Of a stretch of 64,000 bases of DNA, positions 28,273-37,219 are shown piece by piece. The DNA is from an uncultured Mycoplasmatota bacterium (GTDB lineage Bacteria > Bacillota_I > Bacilli_A > RF39 > UBA660), in assembly GCA_900549325.1 (NCBI GenBank), contig UROI01000001.1, forward strand, positions 108,973 to 172,972, in the 5' to 3' direction. Position numbers and translations under genes: made by a program. Each line of letters starts with the position of its first letter. Position 1 is the first letter of the stretch. The notes beneath the pieces were generated by a model. It was not told the origin of the DNA, ran no database searches, and saw only the letters and a list, made by a program, of their open reading frames with translations.

Positions 28273-28355
28273 GCTTATATATGATAGATATGTAGATATA
28301 TTATTTTGAGACCTTGGGCTCAAAATAACACATTAAGACTATTAGGCTTAATGTG
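28273..28355 (+). repeat. Tandem-hairpin intergenic repeat, locus C (head box + 2 hairpins)
   Basis: The head is GCTTATATATGATAG (28273-28287). The hairpins are ATTTTGAG-ACCTTGGG-CTCAAAAT (28303-28326) and CACATTAAG-ACTATTAGG-CTTAATGTG (28329-28355). Confidence 0.8.
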
Positions 28356-28360
28356 AATAT

Positions 28361-28390
28361 AAAAAAATCTAGACTACATAGTAATCTAGA
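28361..28390 (-). terminator. Intrinsic terminator of hsp20
   Basis: TCTAGA..TCTAGA hairpin (28368-28390), followed on the reverse strand by TTTTTTT. Confidence 0.65.
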
Positions 28391-28394
28391 ATAA

Positions 28395-28778
28395 TTATTT
28401 AATTATAATATTTTGTTTTTCATTTTTTAAAATATCTTCTTTGGGAAAAGTTATAGTAAGGATACCACTTTCATAATTAGCTTTAATATCTGATTCCTTC
28501 TTTTCACCAATATAAAAACTTCTTTTTACTTCACCATAAAATCTTTCTCTTCTTATATAAGCCTCTACTTTTAAATTAACTGTTTTGGTAGCCTTAATAG
28601 TTAAATATCCATTTTCATAGTTTATTATTATATCTTCTTTTTTTAATCCTGGTAAATCTATTTCCATAATATATTTATTTTGATATTCTCTTATATCTGT
28701 TTTCATATATTCTTTTTCTTTTAGTAATGGTGAATCTATAAGTGGAAAATAGTCATTTAAATAATATCTTGGTAACAT
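28395..28778 (-). CDS. Hsp20/alpha-crystallin small heat-shock protein
   Basis: MKTDIREYQNKYIMEIDLPGLKKEDIIINYENGYLTIKA ... GILTITFPK. Confidence 0.9.
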   Translation of the reverse strand: MLPRYYLNDYFPLIDSPLLKEKEYMKTDIREYQNKYIMEIDLPGLKKEDIIINYENGYLTIKATKTVNLKVEAYIRRERFYGEVKRSFYIGEKKESDIKANYESGILTITFPKEDILKNEKQNIIIK

Positions 28779-28829
28779 TATATATCATTCCTTTCTATCT
28801 TTATTATGATTTATAAAAGGAAAAATATA

Positions 28830-29186
28830 CTAGTTTTCAATTATTAAATTACTATTTCCTAGTGGTAAATAAAGTAAGGCTCCTAGTAAGATGAAGAAAG
28901 TAGCTGCGACTAAATATTTTTCTTGCTCTTTCTCTTCTTCAGTAGTAGCATTTTGATAACTATACACAGCATTTAAAAAGAAATATATAGCAATAATAAA
29001 ATTTAGTCTTCTATTATAATAATATATTTTATTTGCTTTCTCATTTGAAATACTAGGTATATGTAAAATACTTTTTTTCTTTTCGTTTATTAGATAAAAA
29101 GATATTATAGCTTTAATTACTAATAGAAAAAAGAAAATTATATCAATATCAACTTGTTTTAAAAGTTCTTCTTTATCATCATTCAT
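28830..29186 (-). CDS. Small hypothetical membrane protein
   Basis: 118 aa with three predicted TM helices. No recognisable motif. Confidence 0.5.
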   Translation of the reverse strand: MNDDKEELLKQVDIDIIFFFLLVIKAIISFYLINEKKKSILHIPSISNEKANKIYYYNRRLNFIIAIYFFLNAVYSYQNATTEEEKEQEKYLVAATFFILLGALLYLPLGNSNLIIEN

Positions 29187-29198
29187 ACTTAATTATAT

Positions 29199-29224
29199 AA
29201 AAAAAGAATGATAATTATCATTCT
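29199..29224 (-). terminator. Intrinsic terminator of the XRE regulator gene
   Basis: A perfect 20-bp palindrome AGAATGATAATTATCATTCT (29205-29224) overlaps the stop codon, with a T-run on the reverse strand. Confidence 0.6.
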
Positions 29225-29561
29225 ATTCTATATTTGTATTAACTTTTACATATTCTTCTTTCATTATAGATATTATTCTGATGATAAAATCTATATCTTT
29301 TTCATCTAAATATTTGCAATTTTCAGTTATATACTTTAATTTATTACTATTATCTGATGGAAGACTTTTAACATCTAATAAAGAGTTTAAATCAACATTA
29401 AATATTTTAGCGATATTTTTTAACATACTGGCAGTAGGCTCTGATTTACCTGTTTCTATTCTTGATAAGAAATTTCTATTTATTTTTAATGTACTTGCTA
29501 ATTCTTCTTGTGATATTCCTTTACTTTTTCTTAATTGTTTTATTTTTTCACCTAACTTCAT
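29223..29561 (-). CDS. XRE-family HTH transcriptional regulator
   Basis: MKLGEKIKQLRKSKGISQEELASTLKINRNFLSRIETGKSEP. ATG 29561 follows GGAGG, so the ORF-track N-terminal extension was rejected. Confidence 0.85.
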   Translation of the reverse strand: MKLGEKIKQLRKSKGISQEELASTLKINRNFLSRIETGKSEPTASMLKNIAKIFNVDLNSLLDVKSLPSDNSNKLKYITENCKYLDEKDIDFIIRIISIMKEEYVKVNTNIE

Positions 29562-29778
29562 AATACCTCCAAAACTAGTTTTATTATAATAAATTATATG
29601 ATATTTTAAATACCTTGGTATTATTATTACCAAATTTGCAATAAATATTAGAAAAAATGTCTTAAAAAAAACATTTTGTAGCTAAAAAGCAGTTTAAAAT
29701 ATTATTTTGGTATTAAATATTTTATATTGTTATTATTATTAATTTGTTATATAATATAGAGGTAAATGAGGAGGCATT

Positions 29779-30075
29779 ATGATAACAAGAGATGTATTAG
29801 ATAATTTAGCAAAAAAACTTATGTTTAAGATGAATGATGAAGAGTATAAAACTTTAGAGAATGAGTTCGATGTTATATTAAAACAAATGGAATTTATTGA
29901 TAAGATAGATGGAATTGAAGAAGTTATTCCAATGACATTTCCTTTTGAACTTAATTTAGATGATAATTATTTAAGAGAAGATGTTTATAAAAATGAAATT
30001 GATTTTAATGATATGGTTATTAATGTTAAAGATTATGATGATAATAGGGTAAAAGTACCTAAGGTGGTGGAATAA
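29779..30075 (+). CDS. gatC: Asp/Glu-tRNA(Asn/Gln) amidotransferase subunit C
   Basis: A 98-aa protein directly upstream of gatA/gatB, with a typical N-terminal helix. Confidence 0.85.
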   Translation: MITRDVLDNLAKKLMFKMNDEEYKTLENEFDVILKQMEFIDKIDGIEEVIPMTFPFELNLDDNYLREDVYKNEIDFNDMVINVKDYDDNRVKVPKVVE

Positions 30076-31511
30076 TGACTAATAAATGTATTGATGAAAT
30101 AAGAGAGGCTTTAGATACTGATAAGACCACTAGTGAGGAATTATTTAATGAGTCTAGAGATAAGGCTATTAAGTATCAAAAAGAATATAATAGTTTTGTT
30201 ACCATCCTAGATAAGAAAGAAGAATTAGATAGTGATAGTGTTATTAGAGGTATTCCTTATGCTTTAAAAGATAATATTTCTACGAAAGGAATATTAACTA
30301 CAGCATCTTCAAATATACTTAAAGATTATATTCCTTTATATGATGCAACGGTATATAGAAAATTAAAAGAGGCTGGAGCTGTACTTGTGGGTAAAACAGT
30401 ACTTGATGAACTTGCAATGGGTGGTACTGGTACTACTGGACATACTGGTATTGTTAGAAACCCTTGGGATAAAACAAGAATGATTGGTGGTAGTTCTGCG
30501 GGTAGTGCTGCTGCGGTAGCACTCGGTATTGTACCTTTTGCTATTGGTAGTGATACAGGTGATTCTATTAGAAAGCCTGCGGCATATGGTGGTGTGGTAG
30601 GATATAAACCTACTTATGGTAGAATATCTAGATATGGACTATTTGCTTTTGCTTCAAGTTTAGATCATGTCGGAGTATTTACTAGAAGTGTTAAAGACAC
30701 TGCTTATGTTATGGATATTATTAAAGGTCATGATGATAAAGATATGACTAGTTTACCTGATGAAGATGTCAACTATGTAAATAATTTGTCAAATAATGTC
30801 AAAGGAAAGAAAATGTTTTACATAAAGGAAGCATTAGAGATAAATAATGGTAATGAAAACTTAGAAAAAATAATAGAAAGTTTTTATAAGACTATAGATA
30901 AGTGCAGAGAACTTGGTATAGAAGTAGAGGGAGTAAGTTTTAGAAAAGATTTACTTGAGGCTATATATCCTGCTTATAATGTTATATCTTGTGCTGAAGC
31001 AACCTCTAATAACTCTAATTTAACTGGTATTCCATTTGGTAATAGAATAGATGGTAATAATATTAATGATATTATGATGAATACTAGAACTGAGGGATTT
31101 TCAGAACTTATTAAGAGAAGATTTGTTATAGGTAGTTATGTTCTTCAGAAAGAAAATCAAGAAAAGTTATTTTTGAATGCTGGCAGAGTAAGAAGAATGA
31201 TTGTAGATAGAATGAATGAACTATTTAAAGATTATGATGCACTTATTATGCCAAGTACTCCTGATATTGCACCGCTATTTAATGAAGCAAGTGATAAGTT
31301 ATCAGATGAGTATCTAATACTTGGTAATCATTTAGTTATTGGTAACTTTGGAGGATTCCCTAGTATATCTATTCCTAGTGGATTTGTTAATAATATGCCT
31401 ATTAGTGTTAATATTACTGGTAGGGCAAAAGAAGATAGTTTAGTGCTTAATCTTGCTAATAAATTAGAAGAATTACTTGGATGTAAAGGAATGGTGGCTA
31501 AAGATGAGTAA
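30075..31511 (+). CDS. gatA: Asp/Glu-tRNA(Asn/Gln) amidotransferase subunit A
   Basis: Amidase signature GGSSAGSAAAVA...GSDTGDSIRKPAA. Confidence 0.95.
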   Translation: MTNKCIDEIREALDTDKTTSEELFNESRDKAIKYQKEYNSFVTILDKKEELDSDSVIRGIPYALKDNISTKGILTTASSNILKDYIPLYDATVYRKLKEAGAVLVGKTVLDELAMGGTGTTGHTGIVRNPWDKTRMIGGSSAGSAAAVALGIVPFAIGSDTGDSIRKPAAYGGVVGYKPTYGRISRYGLFAFASSLDHVGVFTRSVKDTAYVMDIIKGHDDKDMTSLPDEDVNYVNNLSNNVKGKKMFYIKEALEINNGNENLEKIIESFYKTIDKCRELGIEVEGVSFRKDLLEAIYPAYNVISCAEATSNNSNLTGIPFGNRIDGNNINDIMMNTRTEGFSELIKRRFVIGSYVLQKENQEKLFLNAGRVRRMIVDRMNELFKDYDALIMPSTPDIAPLFNEASDKLSDEYLILGNHLVIGNFGGFPSISIPSGFVNNMPISVNITGRAKEDSLVLNLANKLEELLGCKGMVAKDE

Positions 31512-32925
31512 ATATATTCCTGTTATTGGACTTGAAGTCCACTGCGAACTTAAAAGTAATAGTAAAAATTTTAGTTCTAGTAAAAATGGTGATGGTGATG
31601 TTAATACTAATTTATCAGTAGTAGATATTGGTTATCCTGGTATACTTCCAGTAGTTAATAAAGAAGCAGTTAGAAAAAGTATTATGGTAGCTTTAGCATT
31701 AAACTGTAGGATACCAGAATATCTAACTTTTGATAGAAAGAATTATTATTATCCTGATTTACCTAAAGGATATCAGATTACTCAGTTTGGTAATCCAATA
31801 GGTATTAAAGGTTATGTAATGATAAATGTAGATGGAGTAGAAAAAAAGATTACTATTCAAGATACACATTTAGAGGAAGATACCGCTAATATGGATCACT
31901 TAAGTACTTATTCTTTAATTGATTATAATAGAGCAGGAGTACCTCTTTTAGAGACTGTCACTGATCCTTGTATTGGATCTGCTAAAGAGGCTATAGCTTA
32001 TCTTGAAGCACTTAGAAATATGTTCTTATACTTAGATGTTAGTGACGCAAGAGCAGATCTTGGTCAAATAAGAGTAGATGTTAATGTATCAATGAAGAAA
32101 GAAGAAGATACTAAACTTGGTACAAGAGTAGAAATGAAGAATATTAACTCTTTCACAACAGTTAAAGAAGCTATTGAAGTTGAAATTAAAAGACAAACTG
32201 AAATACTTGAAGCGGGCGGAGTAATTGAACAAGAAACAAGAAGGTATGATGAAATAAATAAAACAACAGTATTTATGAGAGGCAAAGTAGATGCAATAGA
32301 TTATAAGTATTATACTGAACCTAACATACCTCCGATTAAACTAAGAGAAGAATATATTAATAGTATTAAGAAAGATATGCCGGTACTTGAATATGAAAGA
32401 AAGAAAAAATATATAGATGAATATGGTATTGGTAATGTTGATGCAGGTACTTTAACTAAAGATAGAAAATTATCTGACTATTTTGAAAGTATTATTAGTC
32501 ATGGCTCTAATCCTAAGGAAACTGCTAATATTGTAGTAGGATTTCTACTTGGATATTTAAATAAAAACTTTAAAACTATTAGTGATATAGATATTGATAC
32601 AAAGGATTTTAGCGAAGTTATTAAAATGATGAGTGATGGTAAAATATCTAATAAACAAGTAAAGGATATATTTACTAAGGCATTAGATGAGAATAAGAAT
32701 GTTCTTGATATTGCGAAGAGTGAAGGAACACAAATTAGTGATAAAGAAGAAATAAGAAAGATTATTAATGAAGTATTTAATGATAATCCTAATATTGTTA
32801 ATGATTATAAAAATGGTAAGAATGTTACGGGATTTATCATGGGTCTTATCATGAAGAAAACTTCAGGTAAAGTAAATCCTGGTATTACAAATATAGTATT
32901 AAGAGAAGAACTAGAAAAACTATAG
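31504..32925 (+). CDS. gatB: Asp/Glu-tRNA(Asn/Gln) amidotransferase subunit B
   Basis: MSKYIPVIGLEVHCEL..., YYYPDLPKGYQITQ, and a C-terminal GatB/YqeY domain. The start ATG 31504 overlaps the gatA stop by 8 nt. Confidence 0.95.
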   Translation: MSKYIPVIGLEVHCELKSNSKNFSSSKNGDGDVNTNLSVVDIGYPGILPVVNKEAVRKSIMVALALNCRIPEYLTFDRKNYYYPDLPKGYQITQFGNPIGIKGYVMINVDGVEKKITIQDTHLEEDTANMDHLSTYSLIDYNRAGVPLLETVTDPCIGSAKEAIAYLEALRNMFLYLDVSDARADLGQIRVDVNVSMKKEEDTKLGTRVEMKNINSFTTVKEAIEVEIKRQTEILEAGGVIEQETRRYDEINKTTVFMRGKVDAIDYKYYTEPNIPPIKLREEYINSIKKDMPVLEYERKKKYIDEYGIGNVDAGTLTKDRKLSDYFESIISHGSNPKETANIVVGFLLGYLNKNFKTISDIDIDTKDFSEVIKMMSDGKISNKQVKDIFTKALDENKNVLDIAKSEGTQISDKEEIRKIINEVFNDNPNIVNDYKNGKNVTGFIMGLIMKKTSGKVNPGITNIVLREELEKL

Positions 32926-32990
32926 TTCTTTTTTAAATGTTATGATATAATGTATATGTATTCAATTTTATGGGAAGGCGATGAACTATT

Positions 32991-33926
32991 GTGAATGTTG
33001 ATGAATTAAAAGAACTTCAATCAAAAATAATTAAAAAGAATAAAACTTGTAATTTAATTAGTATTATTAGTTTGATAGTTCTTTTATTAGTAACACTTTT
33101 TATCTTTTTAGAAAAAGAGCTTGATTTAAAGTTTATTTTATTCGGACTACTTTTTGAATTAATATTTGGATTAGGTTTTTGTACGATAATTAAAGTTATT
33201 GTTAATGGTAAGAGTATTTCAAAGTTTAGAAAAGAATACAAAAATATTTTTGTTTTAAATGCATTAACGAATAATTTTGAAAATTTAACATATGATTTTG
33301 AAGATGGCTTTTCTGAACAAAAAATAAGAGAAACTAAAATGTTTAATACATGTGATAGATTTACCTCTAATGACTACATTTCTGGAAACTATAAAAATAT
33401 AAAGTTTGAGCAATCTGATATACATATTCAAGAAGAACATGAGAAAACTGATGCAGATGGTAATACTAGTACTTATTGGGAAACAATTTTTGAAGGAAGA
33501 TTAATGATTTTTGATTTTAATAAAAATTTTATGGCAAATATGTTAGTTATTAGTAATAGTTTTCCTACGAATGCTCTACTAATAAATGGTAAATTATCTA
33601 AAATTAAGATGGAGGATACTGAGTTTAATAAAAGTTTTAAAGTTTACTCTGACTTAGAACATGATGCCTTCTATGTTTTAACACCACATTTTATGGAGAA
33701 AATGAAAAAAATTTATAATGAATTAAAATGTGGAATTATGTTTGGTTTTTTGGATAATAAGTTATATGTTGCTGTTGATAATAGAGAAGATTCTTTTGAA
33801 TATGATGTTTTAAAACCGATAGATGAAAAAGAAATAAACAATAATATTGTTAGAGATATAAAGCTAATTACTGATTTTGTAAATGAGCTAAATTTAGATA
33901 ATGATTTGTTTAAGAAGGAGGTATAG
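32991..33926 (+). CDS. DUF3137-like membrane protein (LemA-associated)
   Basis: Two N-terminal TM helices followed by a globular domain. It lies immediately upstream of lemA, as is typical for DUF3137. Confidence 0.6.
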   Translation: MNVDELKELQSKIIKKNKTCNLISIISLIVLLLVTLFIFLEKELDLKFILFGLLFELIFGLGFCTIIKVIVNGKSISKFRKEYKNIFVLNALTNNFENLTYDFEDGFSEQKIRETKMFNTCDRFTSNDYISGNYKNIKFEQSDIHIQEEHEKTDADGNTSTYWETIFEGRLMIFDFNKNFMANMLVISNSFPTNALLINGKLSKIKMEDTEFNKSFKVYSDLEHDAFYVLTPHFMEKMKKIYNELKCGIMFGFLDNKLYVAVDNREDSFEYDVLKPIDEKEINNNIVRDIKLITDFVNELNLDNDLFKKEV

Positions 33927-33927
33927 T

Positions 33928-34467
33928 ATGGAACTGTTATATATTGCTATTGCAGTTATTGTTATTTTAGTTATTTGTTATATTTGTATTTTAAATAAAT
34001 TAAATAAAGCTAGTATTAAGGTAGATGAAGCACTCTCTGGCATTGATGTGGCTTTAACTAAAAGACATGATGTGATAGAAAGTATGGTAGAGGTTGTTAA
34101 GGGATATGCTAAGCACGAAAAAGAAGTTATGTTTACCGCTATCGAGATTCGTAAGAATATGCCATTATCCGAAAAAATTAAAGTTAATAAAGTTATGGAT
34201 AAAAATTTAAATAATGTTAATATCGCAGTAGAAAAATATCCTGAACTTAAAGCTAGTGAAAACTTTAAAGAACTACAAAAAACAATAGCTGATGCTGAAG
34301 AACATTTACAAGCTGCAAGAAGATGCTATAATGCTAATGTTTCTATTTATAATCAATTAATACTATCTTTTCCTACAAATATTGTAGCAAAAGCAAAAAA
34401 AATGGAAGAAAAATGTTTTTTTGAAGCAGAAGAAAATAAAAAGGATAACATACAGGTAAAACTATGA
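33928..34467 (+). CDS. lemA: LemA family protein
   Basis: N-terminal TM, then VDEALSGIDVALTKRHDVIESMVEVVKGYAKHEKEV and ...ARRCYNANVSIYN. ATG 33928 follows GGAGG. Confidence 0.88.
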   Translation: MELLYIAIAVIVILVICYICILNKLNKASIKVDEALSGIDVALTKRHDVIESMVEVVKGYAKHEKEVMFTAIEIRKNMPLSEKIKVNKVMDKNLNNVNIAVEKYPELKASENFKELQKTIADAEEHLQAARRCYNANVSIYNQLILSFPTNIVAKAKKMEEKCFFEAEENKKDNIQVKL

Positions 34468-34603
34468 TTAAGTAGTTAATCATAGTTTTATTTTTAAAAT
34501 CGGGAATAAATTATTAAAAAATGAATAAAATATTAAAAAAGTTAAAAAAACACTTGATTAGTTTAAAAAAATGTTATATACTTAAGAAGTCAAGTGAACA
34601 AGT

Positions 34604-34679
34604 GGCCAATTAGCTCAGTCGGTAGAGCACTCGGCTGTTAACCGATAGGTCGTAGGTTCGAGCCCTACATTGGCCGCCA
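34604..34679 (+). tRNA. tRNA-Asn (anticodon GTT), CCA encoded
   Basis: The acceptor stem is GGCCAAT/ATTGGCC, the D arm GCTCAGTCGGTAGAGC, the anticodon loop CTGTTAA, and the T arm GGTTCGAGCCC. The discriminator is G and the 3' end is CCA. Confidence 0.95.
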
Positions 34680-34689
34680 TTTGAATATT

Positions 34690-34718
34690 AAGAATCTATC
34701 ACTTATAGATTCTTTTTT
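34690..34718 (+). terminator. Intrinsic terminator after tRNA-Asn
   Basis: AAGAATCTAT-cactt-ATAGATTCTT followed by TTTT. Confidence 0.8.
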
Positions 34719-34815
34719 AATTTTATATACGACCTATCTTAGATTATCCTTTTATAATTTGATGATTATAGATATATATATTATGACTATCAGTATGATA
34801 AAATAAAAGTGTTTT

Positions 34816-34869
34816 AGTTTTGAGATTACAAGCTCAAAACTATTTGAAAAGACAAAATGGCTTTTCAAA
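34816..34869 (+). repeat. Tandem-hairpin intergenic repeat, locus D (2 hairpins, degenerate head)
   Basis: AGTTTTGAG-ATTACAAG-CTCAAAACT (34816-34841) and TTTGAAAAG-ACAAAATGG-CTTTTCAAA (34843-34869). Upstream TATGATAAAA resembles the head box. Confidence 0.75.
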
Positions 34870-34900
34870 GTAAAATAATAATAAAACTTCAATAAAGATG

Positions 34901-34930
34901 TTGACAAATAAGTATTTATTGTGGTATATT
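34901..34930 (+). promoter_or_regulatory. SigA-type promoter of secE-nusG
   Basis: TTGACA (34901-34906), 18 nt, then TGgTATATT (-10 at 34925-34930). Confidence 0.55.
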
Positions 34931-34983
34931 TATGTCAACCGAAAGGTGTTTTTATTTTAATCAAATATTGGGAGGATTTTGAT

Positions 34984-35151
34984 ATGATAGAATATTTTAA
35001 AGGCGTAAAAAAAGAAATATCTAGAATTAGATGGACAAGTAAGAAGGAACTTGTTAAATACTCTGTATCAACAGTAGCATTTATGATCTTCTTTGGAGTA
35101 TTTTTCTATGCTATTGATTTATTAGTAGCATTACTAAGGAGTAAGATATAA
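34984..35151 (+). CDS. secE: Preprotein translocase subunit SecE
   Basis: MIEYFKGVKKEISRIRWTSKKELVKYS plus a single TM. ATG 34984 follows GGAGG, and the gene lies directly upstream of nusG. Confidence 0.9.
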   Translation: MIEYFKGVKKEISRIRWTSKKELVKYSVSTVAFMIFFGVFFYAIDLLVALLRSKI

Positions 35152-35684
35152 TGAAAAAAGAATGGTATGTTGTAAATACTGTAAGTGGTTACGAGTATAA
35201 AGTCAAAGAAAAACTAGAAATGAGAATTAACTCTATGGATTTACATGAAAATATATTCAGAGTTATTGTTCCAGAACAAAAAGAAATAGAATATAAAAAT
35301 GGAGTTAAGAAAGAAAAAGTTAAAAAGATGTTTCCAGGATATGTACTAGTTGAAATGGTTATGTCTGATGAAGCATGGTATATTGTCAGAAACACTGCGG
35401 GTGTTACTGGATTTATAGGATCTTCTGGTAAAGGTGCTAAGCCTATTCCTCTACTTCCTCAAGAAGTTGATAAAATACTTAATAGTATGGGTATGAGTAG
35501 AGTAGATGTTAGTAAAGACCTTAAAGAAGGTGCTAAAGTTAAGATTATTGCAGGGCCATTTAAAGATATGACTGCTAGAATAGATACTATTGATTTAAAA
35601 GAACAAAAGTTAAATGTTTTAGTAGATTTATTTGGACAAGAGACTTCTGTCGAAGTTGACATGCAAGAAGTTGAAACTATATAA
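35151..35684 (+). CDS. nusG: Transcription termination/antitermination factor NusG
   Basis: The NGN domain is WYVVNTVSGYEYKVKE, FPGYVLVEM. The C-terminal KOW is GAKVKIIAGPFKD. Confidence 0.95.
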   Translation: MKKEWYVVNTVSGYEYKVKEKLEMRINSMDLHENIFRVIVPEQKEIEYKNGVKKEKVKKMFPGYVLVEMVMSDEAWYIVRNTAGVTGFIGSSGKGAKPIPLLPQEVDKILNSMGMSRVDVSKDLKEGAKVKIIAGPFKDMTARIDTIDLKEQKLNVLVDLFGQETSVEVDMQEVETI

Positions 35685-35737
35685 TTAGAATAAAAGCACT
35701 ATATAGTAGAAAAAATAGCAATTTAGATAAAAAATAG

Positions 35738-35766
35738 TTGAAAACTTTAAAAAAGTGTGCTATCAT
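35738..35766 (+). promoter_or_regulatory. SigA-type promoter of rplK-rplA
   Basis: TTGAAA (35738-35743), 17 nt, TATCAT (35761-35766), with TG at -15/-14. Confidence 0.5.
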
Positions 35767-35797
35767 TACTTCTGCGAGGCATATTATTATGTTAGTA

Positions 35798-35827
35798 AGT
35801 GGAAGGCGGACGCTGATAGGACCACAC
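35798..35827 (+). promoter_or_regulatory. Putative L1-binding mRNA mimic (L11 operon leader)
   Basis: AGTGGAAGGCGGACGCTGATAGGACCACAC has a GTGG...CCAC helix enclosing GGACGC. This resembles the 23S L1-stalk sequence. Confidence 0.45.
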
Positions 35828-35859
35828 GCGAAAATAAAATTTAATAGGAGGTGTTTTTC

Positions 35860-36279
35860 GTGGCTAAAGAAGTTACTAAGAAAATAACATTACAAATTCC
35901 AGCAGGAAAAGCAACACCAGCTCCTCCAGTAGGAACTGTACTTGGACCTGCAGGTATCAATTTACAAGAGTTTTGTACTAAATTCAATGATTCAACTAGA
36001 GATAAAATGGGAGATATCGTTCCAGTAGTTATCACAATTTATGATGATAGAAGTTTTGATTTTGTACTTAAGACTCCACCTGCTGCTTTCTTATTAAAGA
36101 AGGTTGCTGGTATTAAATCTGGCTCTAGTAAGGGCGAAGTAGTTGCAACTATATCTAAGGATCAACTTAGACAAATTGCAGAAACTAAATTACCTGATTT
36201 AAATGCTTATACAGTAGAAGAAGCTATGAAGATAGTTGAAGGTACTGCTAGAAACATGGGAATCAAAATCGCAGAATAA
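35860..36279 (+). CDS. rplK: 50S ribosomal protein L11
   Basis: [25 protein letters not shown]...GPAGIN. The start is GTG 35860, 8 nt after AGGAGG. Confidence 0.95.
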   Translation: MAKEVTKKITLQIPAGKATPAPPVGTVLGPAGINLQEFCTKFNDSTRDKMGDIVPVVITIYDDRSFDFVLKTPPAAFLLKKVAGIKSGSSKGEVVATISKDQLRQIAETKLPDLNAYTVEEAMKIVEGTARNMGIKIAE

Positions 36280-36314
36280 TAAAAATAATTAATATGTCAT
36301 ATAGGTTTATACCT

Positions 36315-36351
36315 ATGTGGAAGGATGCATATTAGTCCGCAAATACCACAT
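36315..36351 (+). promoter_or_regulatory. Putative second L1-binding mRNA mimic (immediately upstream of rplA)
   Basis: ATGTGGAAGGATGCATATTAGTCCGCAAATACCACAT has the same GTGGAAGG...CCAC architecture. AAATACCAC is identical to my recollection of the L1-stalk rRNA. It abuts the rplA SD. Confidence 0.45.
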
Positions 36352-36366
36352 AAGGAGGGAAGAAAA

Positions 36367-37062
36367 ATGAAAAGAAGTAAGAGATATGTTGCTAACTTAG
36401 AAAAACTTGATAAGAATAAAGCATATTCCGTAGAAGAAGCTGTTAAATTAGTTAAAGAGACTTCTAATTCTAAGTTTGATGGTACTGTAGAAGTAGCTAT
36501 GAACTTAAACTTAGATACTAAAAAGAACGATCAACAATTAAGAGGAGCAGTTGTTCTACCAAATGGTACTGGTAAAAGTAAGAAAATTTTAGTTCTTGCT
36601 AAAGGTGACCAAGCAAAAGCTGCTAAAGAAGCTGGAGCTGACTTTGTAGGAGATGTTGATATGATTCAAAAAATCGAAAAAGAATCTTGGTTCGATTATG
36701 ATGTAATCATTGCTACTCCTGAAATGATGCCACTTTTAGGTAAAATTGGTAAATTACTTGGACCTAAAGGTTTAATGCCAAACCCTAAGACTGGTACTGT
36801 TACTACTGATACTGCTAAAGCTATTGAAGAAACTAAAAAAGGTAAAGTTAACTACAGAACTGATAGTTTTGGAAATATCCATGGCATTATTGGTAAAGCA
36901 AGTTTTGATGATGCTAAATTAGCAGAAAATCTTAATGCTTTTGTTGAAGCAATAATGAAAGTTAAACCTTCAACAGTTAAGGGTGCTTATGTTAAGAATA
37001 TTACTATTTCTTCAACAATGGGACCTGGTGTTAAAATTGATTTAAATTCATTTGACAAATAA
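36367..37062 (+). CDS. rplA: 50S ribosomal protein L1
   Basis: [31 protein letters not shown]..., [18 protein letters not shown] 36367 follows AAGGAGGG. Confidence 0.95.
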   Translation: MKRSKRYVANLEKLDKNKAYSVEEAVKLVKETSNSKFDGTVEVAMNLNLDTKKNDQQLRGAVVLPNGTGKSKKILVLAKGDQAKAAKEAGADFVGDVDMIQKIEKESWFDYDVIIATPEMMPLLGKIGKLLGPKGLMPNPKTGTVTTDTAKAIEETKKGKVNYRTDSFGNIHGIIGKASFDDAKLAENLNAFVEAIMKVKPSTVKGAYVKNITISSTMGPGVKIDLNSFDK

Positions 37063-37089
37063 TTTTATTTAATATATAATAATGTTGTT

Positions 37090-37215
37090 TGAGAAATATT
37101 ATGCCAAAGACAGTAAGGGCGTTAAGCTTGAAAATCTTACCGAGGAATAAAAAAATAACAAGTCTTTTATCCCTCGCAAGTAGAGGGATTTTATTATGGC
37201 ATAGGAAAGGAATGA
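37090..37215 (+). promoter_or_regulatory. L10 (rplJ) ribosomal-protein leader
   Basis: The closing helix is ATGCC(37101)...GGCAT(37198). The internal sequence is AAGACAGTAAGGGCG...ACCGAGG, and the terminator-like hairpin is CCCTC-gcaagta-GAGGG + TTTT. Position and layout match the Firmicute L10 leader. Confidence 0.6.
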
Positions 37216-37219
37216 TACT

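Noticed and set aside
28368-28390. TCTAGA...TCTAGA hairpin next to repeat locus C as a third family hairpin
   Set aside because: It lacks the RAG-A...G-CTY core and is followed by a T-run on the minus strand. It is better explained as the hsp20 terminator.
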